Below are positions 51,635 to 64,000 of a DNA stretch of 64,000 bases, piece by piece. The stretch covers positions 161,882,001 through 161,946,000 of the forward strand of contig OX597814.1 in the NCBI GenBank assembly GCA_951406725.2, written 5' to 3'. Position 1 is the first letter of the stretch; each line of letters starts with the position of its first letter. Below the pieces are notes generated by a model, which had not been told where the DNA came from, searched no databases, and saw nothing but the letters and a program-made list of their open reading frames with translations. The position numbers were made by a program, and so were the translations under genes. The stretch comes from Octopus vulgaris. Its lineage: Eukaryota.

Positions 51635-51790
51635 CGACGGGCTTCTTTCAGTTTCCATCTACCAAATCCACTCACAAGGCTTTGGTTGGTCCAAGGCTAT
51701 AATAGAAGACACTTACTCAAGGTGCCATGCAGTGGGACTGAACCTGGAACCATGTGGTTGAGAAGCAAGCTTCTTACCACACAGCCACTT
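51420..51790 (-). mobile_element. tRNA-derived SINE (8877 family)
   Basis: Reverse complement of the 8877-9332 head, body and tail. Confidence 0.85.
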
Positions 51791-51800
51791 ATATATGTAT

Positions 51801-52495
51801 ACTAGCTGAGGTAACCGGTAATAAATTACTGTTAATAAGATGTGTTTATAGCCATGAAACATTTTTCGTCAAATTTCAACATTTTTCAAAAAATTAAAAT
51901 CTATATTAATGGGTAGGACCAATTTGATAAAAAAAAAATGAGCAGAGTCTGGTATCAAACCTGTGTCATCGTCATTTTTGTGCATGTGCATAAAATGGTG
52001 AAATTTCATGCTTTGGGGCAGATTTTGTCAAATTGATGTCACAACGGCTAGTGTGCAAAATGCCTAAATTTTGCTTGAGAAATAAAATGTTCTTACCTAA
52101 TGAAAACCTGAAATGCTGTGGAATTAAAACAACAAATTTAAATAATAAGTTTTAGCAAATCAAAACAACTCACATTAAAATGAAGAATTAGCAAATGCTA
52201 AATAGATTACCATTAATAAGCTGTCTGTTTATACCTATGAAACATTTTTCATAAAATTTCGCCATTTTTCATCAAATTGATGTCATGATGGATAGTGTGG
52301 AAAATGCCGAAATTTAACAATTTAAAAAAAAACGATTTTTTAAGAATTACAAGTGTATAAGTGACCGCACTGGCTTAAGCCCCCCCACCACCACCATACA
52401 CACAAATGTCAAGTTTCATCAAGGTCTGTTGGATAATCTCGGAGGAGTTAAAGTAACAAATTCACAAACACACAAACTAACCATTTGATATCATA
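51801..52495 (+). mobile_element. Possible non-autonomous Helitron-like element
   Basis: Starts actagctg..acccg-like, ends aagtttcatcaagg...cggaggagtt...acaaac before (TACA)n, with internal duplicated blocks. The pattern resembles invertebrate non-autonomous Helitrons; no TIR or TSD seen. Confidence 0.4.
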
Positions 52496-53058
52496 TACAT
52501 ACATACATACATACATACATACATACATACATACATAATGTATATGGTGTGTGATGAGAATTTATGGAAAGGTATCCCTAAAAGTTTTAGTTTTTTCACA
52601 ACTAGACTCAATGAGTTTTTCAGTACACTCTTGATCTCTCATAAGGATAAAATATGTATATCCGAATATGTTATTTGCTATTTCTTCCATCAAGTCTTCT
52701 GTAACAATAATAATAATTTTTTTGATGTATTCTTTTTTTGCACTGAGGAGAGCAGTGATATGTAATTAATTTCTAATTATTCTACCATGTTATTTACATG
52801 TTAATATTGCTGTTGCAAATGCTCATATGCATGTATTAGAATTCTTTTTCAAATCTTCACATCTCCATATTTAACAGTTTGTTGAGTTTCTATGGAATGC
52901 CTTTCCATAAATTCTCATCACATAGCATATACATGTAATAATTTCATATTTGCAAAAATCTTACGCCAGTAAGCTACCAACGAAATATGAAGAATCTTTG
53001 TTAGAAATCGCCCTTTGGAACTTTCCAGAGTAAAGGATGAAATAGAACTCAGCCTTTT

Positions 53059-53122
<64 letters not shown>

Positions 53123-53125
<3 letters not shown>

Positions 53126-53440
53126 TAATCATCATCATCATCATCATTGTTTAACGTCTGTTTTCCATGCTAGCATGGGTTGGACGATTTGACTGAGGAC
53201 TGGCGAACTTGACAACCGATGTTGGTGTGCACCAGGCTCCAATCTTGATCTGGCAGAGTTTCTACAACTTGATGCCCTTCCTAATGCCAACCACTCTGAG
53301 AGTGTAGTGGGTGCTTTTACGTGCCACCAGCACAAGGGCCAGTCAGGCGGTACTGGCAACAGCCATGCTCAAATGGTGTTTTTTACATGCCACTTGCACA
53401 GGAGCCAGTCCAGTGGCACTGGCAATGACATTGCTCGAAT
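53123..53440 (-). mobile_element. RTE LINE 3' UTR fragment (second subfamily)
   Basis: (CAT)n tail and gatgcccttcctaatgccaacc. Confidence 0.8.
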
Positions 53441-53446
53441 ATATAC

Positions 53447-55908
53447 ATATCATCATCATCATCATCATCATCATCGTTTAACATCCGTTTTCTGCGCTAG
53501 CACAGGTTGGACGGTTCGACCGGGGTCTGGGAAGCCAGGGGCTGCACCAGGTTCCAGTCTGATCTGGCAGTGTTTCTACAGCTGGATGCTCTTCCTAATG
53601 CCAACCACTCTGCGAGTGTAGTGGGTGCTTTTTACGTGCCACCTGCACAGGTGCCAGGTGAGTCTGGCATTGGCCACAATCGATTGGTGCTTTTAACATG
53701 CCACCGGCATGGAAGCCAGCCAAGGCGTCGCTGGCATCGGCCACGTTCGGATGGTGCTTTTTATGTGCTACCGGCACAGAAGCCAGTCAAGGCGGCGCTG
53801 ACATCGGCCACGTTTGGATGGTGCTTTTTATGTGCCACTGGCACAGGTATCAGAACTACTATTTCCATTGATATTTGTTTCGATGTTCATGTACATGCAC
53901 TTGACTCAACAGGTCTCCTCAAGCACAGCGAGATGTTCTGGGAGATGAATGGGCAGGGGCTATGCGGAACTGGTGCCGGAAGCATCCCAGGTCTTTGCAG
54001 TCACAGCACATCTCCAGAGATCTCGGTCCTTCGCCATTGCCTCAGTGAGGCCCAACGCTCTGAGGTCATGCTTGACTACCTCATCCCATGTCTTCCTGGG
54101 TCTACCTCTCCCCCTGATTCCTTCAACTGTTTGGGAGCGGCACTTCTTCACACATCTCTCCTCATCCATCCGCAGTACATGACCATACCATCACAAGCGT
54201 CGCTTTTGCACACTGCATCTGATGCTTCTTATGTCTAGCATTTCTCTCAGGGTGCTTACACTCTGTCGTGCATTCACACTGACATTACACATCCAGCGGA
54301 TCATGCTAGCTTCATTTCTTTCAAGTCTACGCATGTCCTCTGCAGTCATGGCCCATGTTTCACTACCGTGAAGCATGGCAGTTCGCACACATGCATCATA
54401 CAATCTACCTTTCACTCTGAGTGAGAGACCCTTTGTCGCCAGTAGGGGTAGGAGCTTTCTAAACTTTGCCCAGGCTAATCGTATTCTAGTGGTGACACTC
54501 TCTGAGCATCCACCTCCACTACTAACTTGGTCACTCAGGTAGCGGAAACTATCAACTACTTCTAGTTTCTCTCCCTGGAGTATGATGGAATCTGTTTCCT
54601 GAGTATTTGTGGTGTCTATTGTCCCTGTACATCTGCCGCACATGAAAGCTATCTTATCAGTTAATTTCCCTTTGATGTTGCTGTACCTCTTATGCATCCA
54701 TAGCTTACACTGGGTGCATCTTATGGAGTTTCTACCTACACCTTTCCTACAGATCGAGCAGGGCCACCTGCCCGATGGGGTGTGTGCTGAGTTTGCCTTT
54801 CTGCTTACTATAACTTTGGTCTTCGCTACATTTACTCTAAGGCCCTTTGATTCTAACCCTTGTTTCCACACCCGAAATTTCTTTTCTAGTTCCGGTAGTG
54901 ATTCTGCTATGAGAGCCAGGTCATCAGCATAGAGGAGCACCCAGGGGCAACCTGTTTTTAAATTCCTCTGTTATTGCCTGGAGGACTATGATGAATAAAA
55001 GGGGACTGAGGGCTGAGCCTTGGTGTACACCTACTTCTACCCGGAATTCTTCACTATATTCGTTGCCAATCCTAACCTTGCTGACAGCCTCTCTGTATAG
55101 GGCCTGTACAGCCCTTATTAGCCATTCGTCAATCTCCAGTTTCCGCATCGACCACCAGATAAGGGATCAGAGGACCCTGTCAAAGGCTTTCTCCAAGTCC
55201 ACAAAAGCTATGTAGAGGGGTTTATCTTTAGCTAGGTACTTCTCCTGCAGTTGTCGGACCAGGAATATAACATCAGAGGTGCTTCTACCCGGCACAAAAC
55301 CGAACTGCATCTCATCTAAGCAAATTCTCTCCCTAATGAGATGGGTTATGACCCTCTCTGTGACCTTCATCACCTGATCCAACAGTTTAATACCCCTGTA
55401 GTTATTTCTATCTAGAGCATCACCCTTACCCTTGTAGCAGTTGACTATGGTGCTGCTACGCCAGTCATTAGGTATGACTCCATTATGAACTACCTGGTTT
55501 ACAATACGGGTGACTAGGCCATAGCCCACATAACCAGCTGTTTTAAGCATCTCAGCAGTGATACCTGATGGGTCGGGGGCTTTACCTGGTTTCATACCCT
55601 TAATTGCCTTAACTACAAGGGAGCTGTCTATTTGGATAGCTGGTCCCTTTACTGGGTCAACATTTGGCAGGCTCTCCTCCTCCCATTCATTCTCCACATT
55701 CAGCAGTCTTTCATAATGGCTTCTCCAAGCCTCTTTCTTTCCACCAACATTAAAAGCAAGTTCCCCATCATCCATGCGGACACATTTCTCTCCTGTAACA
55801 TCACTATTTTCTCTCACACACTGTTTAGCAATCCGAAATACCTCAGTTCTTCGGTCCTCACGTTGCTGGACATTGGCAAACTTCTTCTTTTCTGCTATAT
55901 CTTTGGCT
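53447..55908 (-). mobile_element. RTE LINE, 5'-truncated, with an RT pseudogene
   Basis: KAPDPSG, NYRGIKLL, QFGFVPGRST, FVDLEKAFDRV, GVHQGSALSPLLF, LLYADDL and GRGRPRKTW. Stops near 55167 and 54191 and a frameshift near 54940-54960. Confidence 0.96.
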
Positions 55909-55944
55909 ATGTATATATATATATCATCATCATCATCACCATCG

Positions 55945-55996
<52 letters not shown>

Positions 55997-57084
55997 AGAG
56001 AGAGAAAGAGAGAGTGCACAAAGAACTTGCTCAACTTCTTGACTGGTATATTAATTATTGATTCTCAAAAGGATGAAAAGTAAAGTTGAGTTTGGTAGGA
56101 TTTGAACTCAGAACCGGAACAAATATCACAACGTATTCTATTTGATGCCCTGACAATCAAAATTTCAAGAAAAATATATTTACTTATATTTTAATGATGT
56201 TAAAATTAAAAATTTTAATGATGTTTAAAATTATAAAAAAAAAAGGTAGCTTTTTAATAAATAACTGCTGCAATAAATAAAATAAATAAATTCAGTAAAA
56301 TATTACATAATAATGTTTGCATGATAAACTTCCAGAAGGTTCTTTTAATAAAAGAGAAGAAACAAAAAATATTTAGAGAAACAAGATGAAATATATATCT
56401 AATTTTACTTATGCTAATGGAAAAGTTATAAAAAGTTTATTCTTCATAACTAGGTAAATCTAGAAATAGCTCGATATTTAGAAATGCATAGTTTTAAAGT
56501 ATTGAAAAAAAAAAAAGAGAAGATATGATCCCTGGGGGTGATAAGCTATTGCAGTAACTTGAAAAATGAACCACTGTTACTAAGTGGTTTGAAGTCATGC
56601 TGCTGCTATGAAATAAAGATTGTTCTTGGCAAAAAATATAAGCTTTTTTCTATTGAGATGAGAGTAATGTTTTCACTGACAATGATTCTGGTCGGCAGCT
56701 TCTAAGAAGTTTTTCCAATTTAGCTTGGATAAAAGTAAGCTGTTTATTGACATGTTGCTTCATTGCACAATATGCTATTTATCTATGGCAGAAGATGTTG
56801 TTTTGCACTTTGGCTTCCACAGACAGAATTGTGTGCTCATAAGCATACAGATTAGATAATATTTTATCGTGATTCAAATATTAAAGTCAATGCATTATAT
56901 TCAAATACTAACCACTGACATAGCATTAATGTCAAAATAACAAAAAAAAAATTTTTTAAATTGCACAGATTATAACATAAGAATTACGTACATCTTAATG
57001 TATACAAAAATAAATGCATTTAATAAATAATAATGCATTCAAATCATTTTTTTCCCATTGCTTTTATCATACTTGTCAGTGTCA

Positions 57085-57188
57085 ACATCATCATCGTCGT
57101 CACTATCCTCGTCATTATCATCATCACTACCATCATCATCGTCATCATCATCATCATCATCATCATCGTCGTCGTCGTCATCATCATC

Positions 57189-57220
<32 letters not shown>

Positions 57221-57246
57221 CATCATCATCGTCATCATCATCATAA
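57085..57246. repeat. (CAT)/(CGT) trinucleotide repeat
   Basis: Directly visible. Confidence 0.95.
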
Positions 57247-58544
57247 TAAGCTCTCTTTTCATGCTGATATGAAAATTCCTTGTTTTTCTTTGTTTTGTTT
57301 TGTTTTTTTTTGTTTTGTTTTGTTATTGTAGCAGCTGTAACCAGGTTCATTTTACTAGGTTTCCATTTGAATAGAAGCATCCTGTATGCTGTTTCCTGGG
57401 AATTTCATGCATTGTGAGCTTACAACTAGATTCTATGACTCCTCAACTACAACTTGTGACTTCTCAACAAGTATTACAGTATCGTTTATTTTATATTACA
57501 ATTTGTGAACAATGGTGTTATAGATTGCAGGCTTCCAACAGGACAACCACTGATTCACAGCTTTCTGAAGGTGAAGGAGACATGAAAGTGTACCTAACTC
57601 AATGCAGAACAAATATCTCAATGGACTTCATTCTTCAGACATCATTTTTGGTTTGTTTGGAGATTTTTTACTGATGCTTATATTCCTCAAGGATATACAT
57701 CAGTAAGTCACACAGACACACACATGCACATACACACACATGCACATACACACACATGCACACACACACACATGCACATACACACACATGCACATACACA
57801 CACATGCACACACACACACATGCACATACACATGCGTGCACATACACACACATACTAACTCACACACACTCTCTCTCTCTCTCACACATGCATGTACACA
57901 CATATACACACACACATGCATGTACACAAACACACACTAACTCACACTCACACACACTCTCTCTCTCTTACACACACACACACACATGCATGTGTGCACA
58001 CACATACACACATACACAGACACTAACTGACACTCACACAGATACACACACACACACACACACACATATGTACATGCAGACACATCTGTGTGCACTCACA
58101 TGATGAGTTTCTACAATTTCTGCCCACCTCAATTTCCCTAACATATTACTGGTCAGAGACAATAGAAGAAGACACCAGCTCAAAATATCATGCAATGGCC
58201 CAGCTCTCCACCAGTTATGATGACAAGTGTTCCAATTAATTTGATCAACAGAATAACTTGCTAATGAAATTAACATGAAAGTAGCAGAGCACTCCACAGA
58301 CACCTATACCCTTAACATAGTTCTCAGAGAGATTCAGCATGACAAAGAATTTGACAAGGTTGGTCCTTTTAAATTACAGGTGCATCTCATTTTTGCCAGT
58401 TGAATGGACTGGAGCAATGAGAACTAAAGTGTCTTGCTCAAGGGCATAATGCACCATTAGGAATCACACTCACAACTTTAGAATCCTAATCCAAATACCC
58501 CAACCCCTAATCCACACAAATGGAATTTTTCATGGGTTCTCATC

Positions 58545-58910
58545 TTTATCATTGTTGTTTAACATCTGCTTTTCCATAGGTTGGATGGTCTAACTGAGGG
58601 CTAACCAGGAGGCCGCACTGGGCCCCAATCTGATTTAGCAAGTTTCTAAAGCTGGATGCCCTTCCTAACCACTCTGAGAGTGTAGTGGATACTTTTTACG
58701 TGCCACTGGCATGGGGGTCACTCAGGCGGCACTGGCATCAACCACACAAGAATAGTGCTTTTTACAGGCTGCCAGCACAGCAGCCAGTCAGGCAGCACTG
58801 GCATTGACCATGCTCGAGTGGTGCTTTTTATGTGCCACTGGCATGGGAGCCACTCAGGCAGTACTGGCATCAGTCATGCTCAAATGGTGCTTTTACATGC
58901 CACGAGCATC
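58545..58910 (-). mobile_element. Degenerate RTE LINE 3' UTR
   Basis: gctggatgcccttcctaacc plus four gtgctttttacgtgccac-type subrepeats. Confidence 0.78.
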
Positions 58911-59296
58911 TGTGAGTCATGAAATGAATTTCTTGAGCATATAACCATATCTGCACCCATAGGACCATAAGATGTTAAGAGCTCATAAATAATTTCCAAA
59001 TGATAAAGTCTTTCTCTAACTTTCTAACTCCATTTCTTTTATTATTTCTATTGCAACACATTCATCATTGATGAACCCACCCCACCCTCATCCCCACAAC
59101 CACCACCACCACCACCAGCACAGGGTCACAGGTGATGAAAGCTATGCATTAATCAAAAATTTGAACTCAAAACCAATACATGAATTAAAACAATATAATG
59201 ATTAAAAAGTAATACCAGAAACAGGTGTCAGTGGTAAAATTATGAACATATGACAGGTGGTAGTCAGTGTTGTAATCATCATCGTCATCGTCATTG

Positions 59297-59329
<33 letters not shown>

Positions 59330-60915
59330 GTAACAACAACAACAATCTGCTACAATTTTCACTTTGCATTAGATAGGGTGACAGATGTATAACTTACCCC
59401 ATTCCCTCATCTGTGTCACAAGTTCTTCAGCAGTGACAGTATGAATGTCCTTCATCAGGATCTTCTTCACCATTTTTCTAGAAGATTAACCCTTGTTCAT
59501 CCTACTGTAGGTTGGTTCCCAGATGATGAATCAATGGAGAGGCAATGAGGAAGGAGTCTTGAGCAATACACAGAAATCTGTAACCATCTTCTTGCTAGCT
59601 TGTTAAACTGAAAGTTATAGACAAAATTGTAAAATTATTTTAGATGAAAATAGATTAAACAACACAAAGCAAATAATAAGAATTTATTTTCAGCTTGACA
59701 CATGGCCAGAATTTTTGGGAAGTGGGTTGTTGACAATTATGTTTAATGTGATACTAATTTTATCAAACCCCAGAAGAATGGAAGTAGAAGTTAACAGTAG
59801 TAGGATTTGAACCTGAAATGTAAAGAGACATGATTAAATATGGTAAATAAAATGATTAAATATGGTAAATAAAATGATTAAATAAATATAAGAAATAAGT
59901 GGAAATTTTACCAGTGAGTGTGTTACATTATAAGGCAAAAAAAAGAAAATGACTCTCCCCAGACACAACAAAATATGCTTCAACACACAAATTCATATAA
60001 AGAATCTTGCAAACCAAATCCAAAAACAAAATAAATATGGTAAGATATTCTGGCCTCCACTCTGCTGATTTTATCATTGACTACCATATACAGGTGTTAC
60101 ATATTTATAAACATATTGTGAAAAAGGCATCAGATATAACAGGTACATGAGGAGCAAATATGAATGTGATATGGAAGGTGACATGACAGTTGACAGACAT
60201 TGTGAAAACAACAGCAGAAATGTATATTCATAGTTATGATGTATCACTTGGTATCATGTATATATCACTTGGTGTGTCAAAAAAAGCGAGAGATATTGAT
60301 AAGTATATAGGGAAAACAATATATCGTTGGTTGATAGATATTTATAAATAAAATATGAGAGTCACACATCACTTGATACATATTAGCCAGTGTAATGTAA
60401 GAGGGTGGTGACACCTGAAAATAAGAGAACAAAGCTACTGGAGTGAAGTTATAAGAGGTGATATGTAGAATTAAAAGCTTATGCTGGTCTTGTGAAATAG
60501 ACAGTGACAAGGACAGATTTATTGATTCTTGTCTAAAACAGCAGAACATTGTAGTTGGAATATAAGTCCCAATAGTTTGTTCAAGTTTGTAGCCAGTCAT
60601 AACTTGAACATAATACAATGACAACTTTATTTTCGAAATCTGTGGTAAAAAAAAAAAAAAATAAAAAAAAATAGATGTCTCAAGTTTAATCAGTGAGTTT
60701 CCTACTTATATCAAAAACATAATTATTTCAAGTCTATTTCACTTACTAAATACAATTCTTTCTTTCTTAAGATAGCTGTTATAATGGTAGATGTAATAAA
60801 CTAATGCATTGGCATTTAAATTCTTTGCATTATGTTACATCCAGAATTTAAAATGATCTTTGTAGGAAATGATTTACTTGCTTTATTTCCTTCCAATGTG
60901 TGTGTCTATGTGTGT

Positions 60916-61036
<121 letters not shown>

Positions 61037-61473
61037 CATACAGAAACACATACACACATATGCACACATACATGTATATATACGTGTATAAATGTATGTA
61101 TGCATATGTATGTATTACAAATTTACAAAGAAAGCTATAACATAATTATTTACTATGGTTGCAGAGTTTTATACATTTTAGCAGCAAATTCATCCAAGTC
61201 TTAAAGATGTAGAACGAATTTGACACTAATTGTACATTATATAATCTTCCTATGTTAAAAGATTATTTTTCTTTACAATGATGATGCGATTCATATAATA
61301 TATATATATATATCTCAAATTTTCATTCATGCCACAAGACCCTTTTAAGCATTTATATTTTTATTTCTACATTCATTCTCTTGTTTCCATATATACTCTT
61401 TATTCGCTTCCTTTTCCAAAATAATTCCTCATATTGAACTCCAATATTTCCCTCTATTTAACCATTTAACATT

Positions 61474-61521
61474 GTCTCCAGTGAAAGGATATCCCTAATA
61501 TCCCAGAAACAGCTGTAAGAC
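61474..61521 (+). ncRNA. Degenerate minimal hammerhead-like motif (Penelope-type)
   Basis: gtct-ccagtga-aa ggatat cccta atatcc ca-gaaa-cagctg-ta-agac: helix I, helix II, GAAA, palindromic helix III and GUA are present; the CUGAUGA box is decayed. Confidence 0.5.
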
Positions 61522-61989
61522 TAACTTTCTCTTTATAAATGTCCTGAAAATTCCACACAGCCTTGGCTTTGTTGTCTTTTTTTATTAAAATTTTATCTAA
61601 CACACACAAACACACACACATGCATGTGTGTGTATGTGTGTGTGTGTAGATAGATAGACAGATAGAAATATAGATACATCATTATCATCATTTAATGTAT
61701 GTTTTCAGTCTATGCCTGTATGGTTTTGCAAGATCTGAGGAGTTGCAGAGCTGTATCAGGTCCTGATGCTAATTTTGACATAGTTTCTACAACTAGATAT
61801 CCTTCTAAACACCAGTCACTCTACAGTGCATAGTGGGTGCTTTTTTCATGATACCACCGTTAGTGAGATTGCCTAGTAACTTGAAAGACAAAGAAAAGAA
61901 AGGAAAGGTAAAAGAGCAAGTCTCCTCAACTGAGTAGAAGTGTTTTTGAGAGAAGGGGAAGTATATCTTAACATGGAATGTGAACTAAT

Positions 61990-63110
61990 GAGGTTTATTT
62001 TTCAACATAGATCCCTTTTTCCATCAGTGAGGCAGTGCTTGGTGACCATTGGTGAAGAAGCTTTCATCCCGTTAATCAAACAGAGTCATCAATAGTAGAT
62101 ATGGTGTCATCATCACAGCAATATTGGTTCTCAGCCAAGAGTTTTTCATAGTCAGATGGAGCCAAATCAGAAGAATAGGGAAGATGGTCAACTAGTTCAA
62201 AGCCACATTCATAAACAGCAGCCATTGAAACCAAGAACTTGTATGCTGGAACATTGTCCTCATGAAGCTTGACCCATTTCATTAGTTTGTTTGGATGTTT
62301 GATTTTGATAACCTTTCTAACTCCTTCTGCAAATTGGCACAGTACTCTCCATTGATGGTGTAGTCCTTTTGAAGATAGTCAACAAGCACAATACCTTTTG
62401 AATAACCCCCAAAATTGAGCCCATTACCTTCCCTGTTGATATAACAACCTTGACCTTCTTTAGAGCAGGTAAGAAGGGGTGTTTTCACTGCATGAATTGT
62501 CTTTTTGTTTCTATCTTAAAGTGATGAAGCCAACACTCATCCAGAGTTAGGAAACGTTCAAGGAAACCAGCTGGATCTGCTTCAAACAATCTCAGATTTT
62601 GCCATGATGTGGTCATCCTGGTGCACTTTTGCTCACATGTCAGAAGACGTGGCAGCTACTGAGCAGAAATTTTTGTCATGCCAAGTTCATTGTACAGAAT
62701 ATTCTTAACTTCTGTATGGGATATGCTAATAACATTGGCTATTTGATTTATAGTCAATCACCTGTCACCCATTATCATGTGGTGAACACGATTAACATTT
62801 TCATTAGTGGTGAGAGTTACAAGACATCCAGACATGGGATCATCTTCAACACTCCTAAATTCAGCTGCCCACTTTTGCACTGTTGATAAAATCAGAGTAT
62901 CATCTAATGTAGCAATTAAGTCAGCATGAACATCCTTGATGGTAAAACCGTTTTTCTGCAGGTAGTTGATAACACCACAATGCAAATTTTTGTCCATTTT
63001 CAAGAGAAGTTGCTACTACTTACATATTGAGGTGTTTTTTGAACAACCAGATGTCAGTTTACTTGGAAAGAAACAATGTAGTTATTAATCAGGAGAGTTG
63101 AAATTAGTGC
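61990..63110 (-). pseudogene. Mariner transposase pseudogene
   Basis: MDKNLHCGVINYL...STVQKWAAEFR.SVEDDPMSG (HTH), GIVLVDYLQK..TINGEY, HEDNVPAY and HLPYSSDLAPSDY; multiple frameshifts. Confidence 0.92.
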
Positions 63111-64000
63111 ATGGAAGATTTCACAGTTTGGCATTACTCCTTTATACACACCCAAGCACACATGTACATATGCACCAATGAACTGATGCCGTCAGTTCAT
63201 ACATGAACACAAACACACACACACACACACGCACACACACATGCACATGTACACACATGAGATACACACACCTGTGCACTCATGCAGCTGGTATACCCCC
63301 ACATGCACAAATGGTGTCACTAGCAATTCACACTCCACTTCCTAGACAGCAAGGTGCCACCAACATCCTGTTCAACCACATGGTCCTAGAAATACAGATA
63401 GGGATTTCTATCTGATGTCACGATTATATCAATACCAAGATCAAAACAACACCATTAAGCCTGCCTCCACCAATAACTATCCAGTCTCTAGTAACCATGC
63501 TGAAATTCCTCCATTCAGTCACCTAAGCCTGAAGAGTTAGGTTCATTGTACAAGTTCACAAAACGTGAAGTTGCATTGAGCCAAATCAAACTGTTATCAA
63601 ATAATATAAATATTCATATGCACATATGTATGTATATACATATACATGTATATACATACATATGCACATATATATGTGTATAGCCATGTACATCTTCTCC
63701 TTGACTTACAACTGAGTTCCATTCTGACTGACAGGTTGTAAATCAATCTGGTCATATGTTAGATTTATATTTTGAAACACTATTTTCATTCAAATGCAAC
63801 TGATACTTGAAAGCAACTGAGTGAGAGACAGTGGCAGGCAGTGGATGCCTGGGTTTGAGGGGGTGCCTGTGTTGCTTGATTCTGCCATAGTTAGCATATG
63901 CGCAGCTGCCCAACGTCCAAAAATCGATTTTTTAATTTATTTTCTTATTTTCTTGTGGCTGTAAGTGGATGGATGGTCATAAGTCATATAGGTCGTAAGT

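Noticed and set aside
55910-56021. N-terminus of the 284-aa RT ORF
   Set aside because: Read-through into flanking microsatellites beyond the LINE's 5' truncation point.

Overview
Repeat-dense, AT-rich eukaryotic DNA with no recognisable host protein-coding gene. The SINE families, the RTE LINEs with (CAT)n tails and the extreme microsatellite load suggest an octopus/cephalopod genome (inference). Most ORFs in the track are microsatellite or antisense-TE artefacts. The window contains RTE, CR1 and R4/Dong-like LINE fragments, a Penelope GIY-YIG fragment, tRNA-derived SINEs, an internally deleted Gypsy element, and piggyBac, hAT, mariner and Merlin-like DNA elements. The standout is a perfectly homogeneous 360-bp tandem array (1-2760, entering from the left edge). 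Each unit holds a type I hammerhead-ribozyme fold with a variant core (CCGAUGA...GAAA...GUC), a palindromic mini helix III and a long rod-like stem spanning the unit junction. Each unit also carries a complement of both core halves, which gives an alternative inhibitory fold and a mirror hammerhead-like motif on the minus strand. This matches a non-LTR retrozyme-like (circular-RNA) element. All folds were paired by eye, and catalytic activity is untested.
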